NCBI GenBank assembly: GCA_964016885.1
Contig: OZ024740.1
Coordinates: forward strand, 69,688,001 to 69,752,000
Origin: Eledone cirrhosa
Taxonomy: Eukaryota
DNA: 64,000 nt
Direction: 5' to 3'
The notes under the pieces were generated by a model. That model searched no databases. It saw only the letters and a list, made by a program, of their open reading frames with translations, and had not been told where the DNA came from. Of this stretch, positions 1-13,880 are shown in pieces. Each line of letters starts with the position of its first letter. Position 1 is the stretch's first letter. The translations under genes were made by a program, and so were the position numbers.

Positions 1-1570
1 GATTTTAGCCATCTTAATGGCCCGTTAATAAACTTCTGTCTAATAAGAACTGGGGAGATGGCCAGTCACCACGATAGAGAAGGGAGAGTTTTATGAACAT
101 GGCATAGTTTTCTGAGGCATGAACTTCAGAAAGCAGTCCAGTCAATAGATATTCAATCATCTCCTCCCTCTTTTGATTGTAAAAATCTTCCATAGGTTTA
201 TAATCGTCGAAGATAGTTTGATAATACGACTTATTGATGAAGTTCCAATGGAACTTTTGAACATTGGAATACTGGGACCAGATGATGGGGAAAGAGGTCA
301 ATAACCTTCTTCAAAACCAGTTCAAGTATGTGATGGCGGCAAGTCAACCACAAAATAGATTTTTCAGAGCTACTTTAATGTTGTATTGGCTCCATGATGC
401 ATTCTCGTATTACTGGCAGTGGTGTCGAATCACATAGCACTTATTCCATCCTCAAATTTGAGTTGTTGAATTTCCTTCAAAGCAACTTCAGTGACATGTC
501 GTCCAGTTCCATAAGAACACATAAAAGTTCCGCATATCTTTTTCCTGAAACTACAATTGCAAGCTGATTCTGAGTGTGCGAGATCGGGAACCGATGGTAA
601 TAATTCTCTGTCCAAAGGAAAGACTAGCCAGGATCTTTCTTCAGGCGTGAGAGCGGATAATTCGATTTCTTGAGTTATCATCTCATTGTGATTGGATCTT
701 GCTCGATAAGCAGTTAAGGGGAGATAAAAAGTTCAGAGGTATCATGAACAACACGAAGAAGTATTTGCTTGTTATATCGATAGTTTTTCTCATTTTCACG
801 TAGCAACGAGTGCCGTCGAGAGTCGACTTTATTCGCAGTGATTTTTTGCTGTGGTGTTGAATTAAGGATTTTATCATCACCATGATTAATAGCTGAACTG
901 GATGGCAACTTTTCAAGTGATACTTTCTCGGTCATCATCTTGACCTCTTCATCCTTCTTTACCTTTCGTAATTTCATATCGCCAATTTTATTTTCCTTTT
1001 TCGGAATGGCTTTCACATGTGCTGCATCAACACCAGCCATGAATGAAGTCAGCCGATCTTTCCACTGCGTCTCAAGTAAATCCTAGTATTAAAAAAAACT
1101 GCACTGAACCTACAATGCAATTATCTTTGCATTAGAACCTTTTTGTTAACTCATTATCTTGTTGAATTCTCAAAAAAAAATATATCGAAAGCTTATATCA
1201 TCAACGCGATACCAAATACCTCTATTTAATTTTCTGTAGCCTTATTTAAATAATTGTTCTCAGCGTAATTATCTTCTAGTTTGTACTTTATTCATTTTCT
1301 TTATTCTGAAAGACATTTTTTTAATGCTTCCTTAACATAATATTGTTTCTACGTTTGGCACAAGGCCAGCAATTATCCAGTGTATTACTAGTACTTTATT
1401 TTATCGACCTCGTAAGGATGAAAAGCAAAGTTAACCTCGGTGGGATTTGAACTCAGAATGGCAAGGGCCGTAACTCTATGCGTCAAAGCATGGCGTCCGA
1501 CCGTCTATGGATAGTGCCAGTCCACCGCCCTTTGCCAATCCACGAATGCGTCTAGATTTGTATAAAATCA
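1..1570 (-). pseudogene. Decayed hAT-superfamily (hATm-like) transposase, running off the left edge and interrupted by a SINE
   Basis: Manual minus-strand translation across stops and frameshifts gives ..FMAGVD.., SAM*FDTTASNT..HGA, LWLTCRHHILELVL (CxxH motif) and GPLRWLK (RW motif) near position 5-25. These motifs are typical of hAT/hATm DDE transposases. Confidence 0.75.
1343..1530 (-). mobile_element. tRNA-derived SINE (octopus-type family)
   Basis: Minus strand has the B-box-like GAGTTCAAATCCC, a core CTTTTCATCCT..GGTCGATAAAATAAAGTAC and an end GGCCTTGTGCC..GTAGAAAC. Close copies lie at 43913-44102, 45753-45882 and 48912-49052. Confidence 0.8.
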
Positions 1571-1945
1571 TTTCTACATACTTTGCTTAAGTTTATGGTT
1601 CATTTCTTTTTCATTTAGGATTCTATAAATGGTAGAAACATCGCCTCTTTTTACACACATGAAAATGGATACAAAAAAGCAACCTGGTTACAATCAACAG
1701 CTTTGAACTAAAATTGTTTAATTCATTTCTTATTTTGGGCCATAAAAGTATCAAATTGGTCAACCCATAATTATATCTTTATGTCCTAATGTTTTGCCTA
1801 TTTGGATTCCAAGTAAAATGGATTCAGGATGCAATCAACCTGAGTGGATTTCTACTGAAAACAAATTTCTCTATAAATATGCAACTCTCTAATATCCAAT
1901 AATATATATGCGTACATACGCAAAAACATAAATACATACAACACG

Positions 1946-1946
<1 letters not shown>

Positions 1947-2041
<95 letters not shown>
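1947..2041. repeat. (TA)n(TG)n microsatellite
   Basis: Direct inspection. Confidence 0.95.
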
Positions 2042-2042
<1 letters not shown>

Positions 2043-2694
2043 TTAAATCAAAATTCAATGTCATCTGTGATCGAGACAAAGCGAGAGTGTATTTGAATGC
2101 ATATAAAAATGAGAAAACTCATTGCTAGAACAGCCGTTAAAACATTTAAATGCTGTGAAAGATAACTAAGAGCAAAAATGCTTCAGAATACAGAGACCAG
2201 TGGCCAGTTGTCGGCAGAGAGATAATCTATGAAAGAATGAAAGGCAAAATTTATATCGGCGAGATTTGAACTCGAGAATCAAAGAGCTGTAAAATGTATT
2301 ACTGCAAGCTATCTAATCCACCAATGTAACATCTCTGTCAATGCATTGCTTCTATGGATACAGTTTGTATTTTCTAAGTCTAGAGAGCCGGATATTATGT
2401 GGTATATTATTTTTTCATGATTACATAGTCTGTATTTAACGTTTGCGTCTCAATTTATTACTTTAATTTAGTAGTCTCATACAACAAGACGTTGATCTTG
2501 TGGAGATAATACCATACCTTCTTTGTTTAACTTTTTATTCAGAGCTTTCTGTCTATTGTTGGGTTCCATATTAGCTCAGTTACTCTGTGTCATTCACTCG
2601 GTATTCTGACACGGCAAAGTCTTTTTGCTCCATTTTCCATATAGACTTAAGTGGATATTCACTTTCACTCTATAATTAAATTTTTTTCGCTTAA

Positions 2695-2826
2695 TTTTTT
2701 GTAGCCTTATTTAAATAATTTTTCTCAGTATAATTATCTTCTAGTTTGTACTTTATTAATTTTCTTTATTGTGAGAGAAATATTTTTAATGCTTCCTTAC
2801 CATAATAGTGCGTCTAGATTTGTATC
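2695..2826 (-). repeat. Diverged second copy of 1230-1340 plus 1547-1563 (hAT 5' region), without the SINE insertion
   Basis: Both share TGTAGCCTTATTTAAATAATT...TTAATGCTTCCTTA(A/C)CATAAT followed by TGCGTCTAGATTTGTAT. Confidence 0.7.
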
Positions 2827-3967
2827 CTTCTAAATATATTTAGAATAAAGTGTTTGATTTTTAATTTCCCTTCATATTCTAATCCAACCAACTCCTTTCC
2901 AGCGATATAACTTATGCATATTAGTTTTACGTTTGTGTTTGTATGTGTAAGTTTGAAGAGGGAAGTTGTACTACCGTCGATTCCCACGATGAGTGTTCCA
3001 GTTGTTCGAACAGCCTGCTCGTGAACATACATTAAGGTAGCTCTCGGGGGATTCAGCATAATACTATGTGTGACAAGGAACCCGTTGAATTACTACTACC
3101 ACTCCTTTTTGCCATGTAGATGAAAGTGGAGCAATGCGAAATCGAATTCAAGATCTTACGATCGTGACCGAACACCCACCCACATAACTACGTGCCTTCC
3201 CACTTCTAAGTAAAAACAGTACCTATTTTTTTATGTTTTTCATTTACCTTCTAGTGTATTATATTCAAGTTGCATATATTTTGAATATATTTATTATATT
3301 ATTTCTGCCAAAACAATATAGCCGAATAGGTATTAACTTCGTTTAATTCCCGCGTTTAATCCCCCTGCGTAGCGTCATAGGCAAGTGTTATTTATTATTG
3401 CCTTGAAATGACCCAAATCTTGAGAAAAAAATTAGGTAAACGGAAACTACTTAGAAGCCCGTCGGATGAACTGAAGCTTTAATTGAAAAAGCCACGTTAA
3501 TTTCTCGAGCATGTTATTCTGTTAATCGAATAACTAGATCACTCGCAGCTTCCGTCAACTCATTTTCTCTCATAAAGCTTAGGTCGACAACGACACTGCC
3601 AAGATACCACAAAGTAGAATTGAACAAGGAACATCATGATTGAGAAGCGAACTTCTTAATCACTCAGCCATGCCTGTATCCATTTCCAAGCGATAGCTTA
3701 TACCTGGCTTTCTAGTGTATATATATGTATAATATTATTTATGGCATTGAATTCATTTTCAATATTAATCCGTCTCCAATGTAAAACTTTCTAATTTTCC
3801 TTTGAATATCTAGGCATGATTCTGTTTGGAAGGATATCGTTTCGCTACCTCATGCTTTCGGTTTCATTTTCTCTGTGTGGCACCATGGATAAGGTCTCCA
3901 ACTATAACTTTGGTTTAATAAATATTTTACTCGTGACATTTGGCAAACGGAAACTTTGTGGAAGCTC

Positions 3968-4309
<342 letters not shown>

Positions 4310-4769
4310 CAATATCATTCTGCATCTAAGTTTTCCTACATTTTCTATGAAACTCATATGTTCTCAGCGCTTCAAAAGTTCAAACTTTAAATACGTACTA
4401 TGATATAATTACATAACCTCCATTATATTTTGCCTTATTATCAGTGACAGAATCGATCTAATGTTTGACTAAAAGCCAAGTAATGTTTAGTTTTGACTTT
4501 ATATTACAAATTTTACTAAAGCTGTAGACTCTGGGTAAACTAGTGACAACGCTTGTGTAATTCAAACAGTAAAGGATATTTCATGGCGTGTGAAGTAAAG
4601 AAGACTAACGTTGCTTACCTTTTCGAGAGTAAGGAAATAAACACCAAGAAGTCCCCTTTTGCTCATATCTAACCGGGGATATACACCTGGAAAGTTTTTT
4701 CAAAGGTGCAAGCCTTGAACAGTAAACTCTGACATGCAAATCGCTCCTCTCTACGCCATCAATTTTATA

Positions 4770-4862
4770 CAAGGAAAATGGGAATTCAAAACCCAAAGCG
4801 TTGGAATAGATATCACAAGGCATCACGTCCGACTCTCTAACAATTCCACCAATCCACTGTTC
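4770..4862 (-). mobile_element. Degenerate tRNA-SINE head
   Basis: Minus strand GGATTGGTGGAATTGTTAGAGAGTCGGACG...GGGTTTTGAATTCCC resembles the 5' part of the SINE copies elsewhere in the window. Confidence 0.5.
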
Positions 4863-5310
4863 GATATGTGTGTGTGCGTGTGTGTGTTTGCGCATGGGTA
4901 TGTCTGAACTTAGCGGCCCCATAAAAGATAATTGATAAAACAAGTACCACACTTGACGAAATATATTCTAAACACAAAATGGTCGACTAAATGAATGTGT
5001 TGCTCCAGTATGATTGCAGACGAATGACTGGAAACTAGTAGAAGTGTAAAAGAAAAATTATTGCTCTCTCAGATGAAAAAAAAATTAAGTATATCTTGGT
5101 GGAAAATGAAGATTAACAAATACTGCGTAAATATGACCACTGATACATTCCAAATTCTGGGGTTGTTCTCTAGGAAGAAAGTATGTTGATTTTTGTAGAT
5201 AGTGTCATAACAGGAGTGTTTGAGTATATCAAACTCTAATAATTGTACTAATTACAAATGGGATGAAGGACACATTCCTTAACTGCCATAATATATTTGA
5301 TTAAACAGCT

Positions 5311-5311
<1 letters not shown>

Positions 5312-5401
<90 letters not shown>

Positions 5402-5456
5402 GGTGGTGGTGGTGGTGGTGGTGGAGGTGGTGGTGGCGGCGGCGGCAGCAGTAGTG

Positions 5457-5507
<51 letters not shown>

Positions 5508-5716
5508 ATGAAGGTGGTGTTGGTGGTGGTGGTGATGGAGGTGTTGGTGGTGGTAGTAGTAGTAGTAGTGGTGGTGGTGATGAAGGTGGTGTTGTTGGTG
5601 GTGGTGGTGATGGAGGTGTTGATGGTAGTAGTAGTAGTAGTAGTGGTGGTGGTGGTGGTGGTGGTGGTGGTGGTGGTAGTAGTGGTGGTGGTGGGGGTGG
5701 TGGAGGAGGTGGTAGT
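5312..5716. repeat. (AGT)n/(GGT)n trinucleotide repeat
   Basis: Direct inspection. Confidence 0.95.
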
Positions 5717-6739
5717 AAGTGTGTTAAATGTAGCTTATGTTTCCGTTGAAAACCACACGTTCTTGTCATCAGTTAACGTTTTGTGCTGCCAAATTTGATA
5801 GCAATCTTTTTAAAAAAAGAAACGCAGCTGTTTGCCTTGGCCGAAATACGAATGAATTGGGATTGTAATAAATATTTGCAAAATGAAAAAATAAAGAAGG
5901 GAAACGGCATTGGGCCGACACATTTTAAGATATATTTGCGTAGGCGACTGACTTAACGAACGAAATGTATATACACCCACACCAACAATTATATAAACAT
6001 TTATATTAACATAAATGTTAGACAGATCGACAGAATTGTGAAAAGAGACACCTTAGTTTGGTGTGAAGCGTTCAAGGTGTTACTATTTGATAAAGGAATT
6101 TGTCCATCTGCATATCCATAATAAGGCAAATACACCAAAAAGCACACACACACACACACCGCACACACATCTCTCTCTCTCTCTCTCTCTTTATATATAT
6201 ATATACATTTATATATATATATATATATATATTAATTCTGGCAATATTACACAAATATGACCCTCCCCAAGTATAACAATTTTTAATATATATATATATA
6301 TATACATTTATATATATATATATGTATATATATAAATGTATATATATATATTTATATATATATATATATTTATGTTTATAATTATATGCACTCAAATACA
6401 CAGAAAACAACAAACTCATAAGTATATATGTGGCCATTCTCACTTGCTAAAGCCAGCAGCTAAATCTTACGCATAACGCACCACAGTATGGTTAAAACTA
6501 ACAGCAGATAATCTTGTGCTAGACAGATTGTATCTGAAAAAAGATGTGGCCACAGCTGGAATGCTATATATCGGTCTGACTTGGAGCTGAATAATAACAC
6601 ATGTCTTTATTTTTTTAAGACCCTTACGTTCATATACCGCCGGGGCTCAGTCTAACCATGCATCCTTCTGAGATCGGTAAAATAAAGTGTTCTTATTTTT
6701 GTGGATTTGAATTAATGAAATAAATCATAATACAAGAAA

Positions 6740-6950
6740 GGTAAACAAAGTCGGTAGAATGTCGGACGATGTGCCTTAGCAGTATTTATTTATAGTTATT
6801 TGAATACTCATTTCAAATCCTCGGTAGTTAGGATTGCCTTTTATGTTCTCTTTGTCGATAATATAAATTAACAGTGAGGTACTGAAGGCTGAATAATCGA
6901 TTATATCGACTCCCAAAATATGTAGGCTTGTGCTAATGTTAGAAATCAAT
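6740..6950 (+). mobile_element. Degenerate tRNA-SINE
   Basis: GGTAGAATGTCGGACGATGTGCCTTAGC..TTCAAATCC..GTCGATAATATAAA..GGCTTGTGCTAATGTTAGAAA follows the family layout. Confidence 0.55.
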
Positions 6951-8080
6951 GTGTAATAATTAACGTTATATTGACGAAATTATTTGTCTGAAACCTTTGA
7001 TTGTGTGAGAGTTATGCCTGACCGAATTGATTTGATGCTGAAACGGTTAGCAACTTGCATTATCTTCCCGACTTTGCACTGTGCCTAGGGACTAAACATG
7101 TAAGCCTCAATAGTATAGTCGAAATGTGTTTGTGCAAAGAAAGCGATGCAAAAATTGACGTCTGTGACGTTGTCTTCCATTACTATGTTCCAAACCTCTC
7201 CCATGAGTTTTGCTGGAAATAAAGTAGAAGCCTCTCTGGACCTATCACGTGTGATGTGACAGTAAGCATTATCATTAGATAATCGCACTGGTGTTTGCTA
7301 AAGCGTTATAATGCATGAGTGGTATTAGGTAAAATGAAGTATGCTATGAAGGATCAAGTAAAATAGATGGTATACTGATAGTAATGTTATGTGACCTATG
7401 AATGATATGTGTTACTGAAAGCTGTAGCACTTCTAGTTTGTATTTATTCTATTATCGCAGAAAATATCGGATGAGAAGCAACATTTTTCCCAGTAAATAC
7501 TTGAGTATATATGAGCACGAACACATGAAGTCAACACTGTCGTATAACTCACCTCAGCTAAGATCTGCATTTGATTTTAGTAAAAAAGTAAATACAAAGT
7601 GGTATGATTGCATTTTATGTAGTATTCTGTTGCATTAAATTTACATGGAGCCTTTAATTCTTACGCTTATTTCGTATAGATAAACGTATTTACTTATTTA
7701 TTTATTGTGAACAATTTAATTTCCTCTGTAAAATCTGGTTGCATTTTATATGACAGCGCGCTAATGCACATAGTTTACAGCCAAAATTGGCTGGGTATTT
7801 TATCGATCAGATAATATGACGATATTTAGATTAAAGTACAGTGATACAATATTTAAGTGATATGATAAAGTTTCCAGGCGATATGCTAGATGGCTAATAT
7901 AATGATCGTATACAAAACAATCTTTATGATATAGGAAGAAAAAAGGTTAATAGAATTACGCGTAACATTTTTACAAACTAACTGCAACAATCACAAAACT
8001 TATGTATTTTCTTCCTAAATATAACGTTCAAAGTCTCTAACATTGAAGCATTTAATTGGATACATACATCCATATATCCA

Positions 8081-8119
<39 letters not shown>

Positions 8120-8146
8120 CCACATATATATACATACGCGCGCGCG

Positions 8147-8179
<33 letters not shown>

Positions 8180-8269
8180 TGTAATACTATTGGTAATGGC
8201 TACCTTATTAAGAGAGGGAACGAACTATATAGATAGAGTATACATTTTTATGAAGGGACTACAATTACG

Positions 8270-8370
8270 ATTTCTCGCAGAGACTAACCAGTTTCATCTC
8301 ATTGGTGAATCATCGGACAGCCTGATGATTCTCCATTGAGATGAACACTAGTGAGTCATTCTGAGAAACT
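8270..8370. ncRNA. Small fold-back with two divergent, partly mutated hammerhead ribozyme motifs
   Basis: Plus strand: CTGATGA-TTCTCCATTGAGAT-GAACACTAGTG (8322-8353). Minus strand: CCGATGA-TTCACCAATGAGAT-GAAA-CTGG-TTA. The arms are inverted copies of each other. Confidence 0.55.
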
Positions 8371-9173
8371 GTATCCTCTCTACACACGTGCAGTGCTATC
8401 AAGTTCGAAACAATAAGGGGGAGAAGCAAACTTCATAACAAGGCAGCTAAGACTGCAACCATAATAACATTTTAGACAGCTTTATATACAATATTTTCTT
8501 GAAGTTTTGAAGACCTTAAGTGTGACTTAAGAGACATTCAGCTATTATAACTTATAGACCATATGAATATACCATCATTGTTCTAGGACTACATTTATAA
8601 GAAGGTTGGGTGTGTTTAGGAAATGATTTGGCTGCTTAGAGATTGGTAGCGGTGAACATATTGTTATCTTTAATTGCTTGCTCAACCTTGATGTGTAATC
8701 TACATTATAGTTGAAGGGGGCGTTATGTATTCTAAGTACACTTACAATAGAATCTGATGCATTTAATATAGTGAGATGGAAATATTTTAACTGGCATCCT
8801 CCATGTGATAAATACATAAAGTGTCCTTCCATATTTATAGACTTTTAGAACACATCTAGATTTAGTTGTTTACTAATTGTAGAGATAATCTCAGCCAGTC
8901 TAAAATGTTCAACCTCAACTTGGCGAAACGGTTATATTGTAAAAGACTTTCTATGAAGTATCATGCTTTATCTTTGTATATCGGAAGCTAAATTACATAA
9001 TGTAGTCTCTTTTATAATATTTTAGAGTGATAGTATGAAAAGTTGGCGGTTAGTTCTAGCAGGACATCGGCCATAATGTTTATGCTGGGGATGTATATAG
9101 CTTAATGGAATGAGAAAAGGTGATTGTGACTTTTAGCGATCATAGTGTTAGTATGTTTATGGCGTACATCATA

Positions 9174-9447
9174 TAGGGTGTTTCAAAAATGATAATATCA
9201 TTTGAGATTTTAATATCATTTGAGATGTAAATATCCCAGAAACTGCAAGGTCTAGGACAACGAAACTAAGCAGGCTCCATGTTGAATAACACAAGATTGA
9301 TTCCTCAAAACATGTCCACGATATTATATTAATTCACAATATATATTCCTTAAAACATGTCCAGATTATAACATTAATTCACAATATATATGTCAATGTG
9401 ACAACCATGGGAACAGGCCATTGATATCAAATTTTTGAAACACCCTA
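9174..9447. mobile_element. Tc1/mariner-type MITE
   Basis: Terminal inverted repeats TAGGGTGTTTCAAAAAT / ATTTTTGAAACACCCTA, flanked by TA on both sides; internal ~45 bp duplication. Confidence 0.8.
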
Positions 9448-9841
9448 TATTATAATTTAATGTCTGTCAGCACCAATTGCTTATATATAGGATCAAAGAG
9501 GCATCGTCCATGATCAAACCCGCTTTATTTCGGACATAGTGTATCCAGGAGTAAAAAATTCATAGTAATTTAAAAGAGATTTGACTGCTATTTTTAGCAG
9601 CATAATAGTGGCCGTTAGAGGCTCTATAGATGTTTAATGAAACTAGCTTTCTTAATTTATCTGTCATCTAACTGATGACTTCTCCAATTAAAAGAGGAAA
9701 TTCAAAACATTTATTTTAAGATTGATGTTTATTACATCTCCCTTTAACGTAGATAGCTAATGTTCTGCCATTGGCCATTTGAAGTATTTCCCTAGTATTC
9801 TTGACTGCAAAGTATACTGGACAATAATTATTTGTATATTT

Positions 9842-9977
<136 letters not shown>

Positions 9978-10377
9978 TTATTTTAGGATGGGTGCTCTGA
10001 AATACCGATGTATACACGGATGTATGTTTAGTACATTTCGTAATATACTGTATGTTTAATTAAAAACATGTTGAAGACCTTGCGCTATTGTTTTAATGTA
10101 GTGACTATGTCACTTATTTCTTTTTTCAGCAAAGGAAGGGAGATAAGCTGACAGATCTGTTTCACACTGTTGGTGTTCCACAGAGCCTAGTACTCGCCGA
10201 CCTCTGCCGAAAATTATAGATGCTGGATTCTTATAGAATTCCAGTAATAATCAGGAGCTGATTGCCGGTCTAACAAAAATTAAAAAATTAGGATTGGTGC
10301 TCTGAAAGAGCGATGTATACATGAATGTGTGTATAGTATATTTGGTAATATACTGTATGTTTAATTATACATACATT

Positions 10378-10416
<39 letters not shown>

Positions 10417-10420
10417 TCAT

Positions 10421-10469
<49 letters not shown>

Positions 10470-10472
<3 letters not shown>

Positions 10473-10999
10473 GGTGGCTGGCAACTCATTTTCGAGTACG
10501 GCCACTACTTTATATCCATGTAGGAGAACCCCTACCGATGCGCTGAACGAGTGTGACTTTTTAGTCCAGCCAGCGACTTAAAAACTCTGGTACAAACACT
10601 ACACTTGTGACAATTATTGACACATAGTGCTGGGCCCATGGTACCAGATATAACGCAATGCCTGTGCCGTGAAGCTTTTATAGAGATCAAAGGCACTGCA
10701 CAAAGCCAGTCCCACTCTCTTAACCAAGATGATATTTACCAAAAAGAAAAACAAGTCAATATCATTGGATACCATCAGGGTTGCAGGTGTTATAACAGAG
10801 TTTTCCTTCTCCTAAAATTCTGCCTTGACAAAGGCTAAGGGGTGATCTCTCCCGGTGATTTTGTATGGCCATTGATTCTTAAGAGCTCTTTTGCCCTTTG
10901 ACAGGTTTTGTTTTTAGTACTGCAGGATGTCCAAAGTCACCCTCCTCACCAAGAAACCTTGGTGGGGTTGCCAGTTTAGTCGCCAACGACCCGACCATT
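10470..10999 (-). mobile_element. RTE-derived non-autonomous retroelement (SINE-like), copy 1
   Basis: Near-identical to 12313-12740, 20089-20700 and 44868-45463. The 3' part encodes a C2H2-finger relic typical of RTE/BovB C-termini. Confidence 0.75.
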
Positions 11000-11005
11000 A
11001 GACAT

Positions 11006-11044
<39 letters not shown>

Positions 11045-11050
<6 letters not shown>

Positions 11051-11493
11051 TAACAGATTAAAGTTTAAGCAAAGAATCGCTGCTTTCACCCTTAACGGGA
11101 TCTTCTGAAACTAAAGTACGAACTATATGCGGATATTTTACGTCTTGATGTGGTAGCTAAGTATATGTTATGTTTATATCATTACTTATTTGTATAGGTA
11201 AGTATATATTACCTGTATGTTTTGTGAAGGTACGTATACTCTCTCATACGTATATTTGCTTGTATATGTTATGGCGAACATGTGCATTTGGTTATGTGGT
11301 ACGTGAGTTTTGTGTCTATGTGAGTATGCGGGTTCGTACGTATGTAGGGTGTGTGTATATGTGTACTTTGTGTTTTGGTTGATGTATGTCTGCGAACATA
11401 TGTCTATTTACATGTAGGTATGCGTGTGCGCGCGTTATATATGTATTTATGTGTGTATATTTATATACGTTTATTTAATTATATGTATACATG

Positions 11494-11530
<37 letters not shown>

Positions 11531-12301
11531 TTTATATACATATTTAGGTGTATTTGGTATATACGTTCGTGTGTGTGCGGGTACAGGCGTTGCGTGGGTT
11601 CTGTTTGTGCGTGCGTGCCTTTTTGTGTACGTGCTTGTATTTGCATACCCATATCGATTGTTTTCGCGTATGCTTGTGTATGTACGTATATGTATGCGTG
11701 TATGTTTATATTTAATTTCATTTACCTCTGTATTTTATTTACTTTATTCTTAACTCTGAAGCCAAGATTCATTCGGTTTCCTAAATAGAATTTTAGTCTA
11801 CGAATTCAGTTATACCATTTACGTGGTTTTGTCTTTGCGTGTAATTGTTCTCGCCGCTCCACATAATGACGTATTATCTTCGGTTTTTCCGTTCATTGCC
11901 AGAGAACGTCTCCATGAACCACCTAATAGCATATTAGTCTACGACTTCATTTATACCATAAACGAGGTTTTGTCTTTGCGTGTAATTGTTTTCACCGATC
12001 CAAATATTGACGTGTTATCTTCAGTTTGTTTTCGTACTTTGCCAGGGAACGTTTCCACGAACCATAGTATCGTCTTCCTGTCTTCCTTCGGTTGTAACGT
12101 TTTTTTGAAATATTTACTTCTGCGTTCACAAATTGACTTTTTTAGTTTCAGAAGATAGCGTTAAGGGTGAAAGCAGCGATTCTTTGCATAAACTTTAATC
12201 TGTTATTTTAATAATTATTTGCTCTACGGGTCTTATATATTTGATATATATTTATCCTTATCGAGCCCTCTTTGGATTTTAGTCTTCAAATTTATTATTA
12301 C
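11045..12301 (+). mobile_element. Non-coding fold-back element, family A (probable mini-Penelope) with hammerhead-like motif
   Basis: 11045-11115 is the reverse complement of 12141-12211; the segment reads CAGAAGA-T(CC/AG)CGTTAAGGGT-GAAA. Internal ~140 bp tandem duplication at 11790-12065. Related copies at 16879-17915 and 27888-28120; flanked by (TA)n. Confidence 0.6.
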
Positions 12302-12312
12302 TATATAGATAT

Positions 12313-12740
12313 ATGGTGGCTGTCAACTCGTTTTCGAGTACGACCACTACTTTATATCCATGTAGGAGAACCCCTACTGATGCGCTGAACGAGTGTGACT
12401 TTTTAGTCCAGCCAGCGACTTGAAAACTCTGGTACAAAAACTACACTTGTGACAATTACTGAAACATAGTGCTGGGCCCATGGTACCATGTGACGAAAAG
12501 TACAGAGAGATCTCCAGATATAAAGCCATTCTGTGCCGTGAAGCTTTTATAGTGAGCAAAGGCACTGCACAAAGCCAGTCCCACTCTCTTAACCAAGATG
12601 ATATTTACCAAAAAGAAGAACAAGTCGACATCATTGGATACCATCAGGATTGCAGGTGCTATATCAGAGTTTTCCTTCTCCTAGAATTCTGCCTTGACAA
12701 AGACTAAGGGGTCATCTCTCCCGGTGATTATGGATGGCCA
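12313..12740 (-). mobile_element. RTE-derived non-autonomous element, copy 2 (5' truncated)
   Basis: Identity to the other copies; encodes CSFCTRVFKSLAGLKSHTRSAH. Confidence 0.75.
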
Positions 12741-13739
12741 TATATATATATATATATATACATACATACAATCTACGTCAGATAATCGGCAGGTGTTTTT
12801 AAGCTATACCATATAAATACGGTCTCATAAACCGGAAATTGTCCTTCCTCATCTCTCGCCTACAAATAAAGATCAAACTTACTTTCCCCTGAGCACGAAA
12901 CCTAACTTTAAAATATTAATTACTACTTTCTTGAAGTTATCTCACCTTTTCAATGACAGCTGCTAGCAACTGCCGATAGGTTTTTTTTTTCTCCAATTGA
13001 GAGCAAAATTTCAGTTAATTAGAAACGTTTAACAACGGCACTTATTTCAACACACGATAACCCATCAATTTTCAAATATTTCTGTAAATGGTCAGAACTG
13101 TGTAATTTAACTAATTTTTTTTTCATTATTAAGCTGGTCTTTGGAGCATAACTCAGCAAAGATTTGTACATAAAATATCCATGGAAGATTTTGAGGTAAA
13201 CATAACCACTTCATAAATAGAAGTTTTGTATAGTTGAATCCGGGACAGTTTCAGAAGATTAACCTAAGCAATAAACAAGCTATTAATATGGTCGGTCAAG
13301 GTTCGATATCTTTAGCAAGGGTTTATTTTCCTATTGATGGTGGAAATAGTTGATTAAGCAATATTAGTTGCTGTTGCTAAGTCAGGCATGTGGTTAAAAG
13401 CGTTAGAGTTGTAACTGTTCAAATGTTGTTTGTTTTTTGTTTTTTTTTACAGACCTGTCATTTTTGTTTACGATGGTACAATGTGATTTCAAAAAAGAAT
13501 TAATTGCTATTTCTAGTCGCGCAAGACATAAAATGTTTCTCATTGTGCGAGACAAATAATCTGTATGGCGGCAAAGATCAAAATTTTGGTAAGTGGACTT
13601 TCTTTGACAAATTAATAGTTATTATCGAGATGTTATATTCTCAGTTTCTTTTCCCTTCACATCAACAATTACTACAAAAACAATAACGATGATGGCGCTT
13701 ACGAGATGAACAGCGAAGGCAACAAGAATTGTTTCAGCA

Positions 13740-13880
13740 ATTTGGACGGAAGGGAAAAGTCGATAACATCAATCCAGTGCGTTAAGGGTGCTTTATTTTA
13801 TTGACCCCATAAGAAGGAAAGGTGACGGTAACTGCAGCGGGATATAAACTCAGAACGGAAGGATTTTGTCCGACTCTCTT
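13740..13880 (-). mobile_element. Degenerate tRNA-SINE
   Basis: CTTTATTTTATTGACCCCATAAGAAGGAAAGG...AACTCAGAACG...GATTCTGCCAATCCACC matches the family. Confidence 0.55.

Noticed and set aside
1430-1530. tRNA gene (B-box present)
   Set aside because: No cloverleaf; it is a SINE head
4605-4952. Bel/Pao-like SRLAPLK motif in a 115 aa ORF
   Set aside because: No other Pao motifs; the ORF overlaps a SINE head and a microsatellite
12374-12565. Host C2H2 zinc-finger gene
   Set aside because: A single finger inside a four-copy interspersed repeat; it is a retroelement relic
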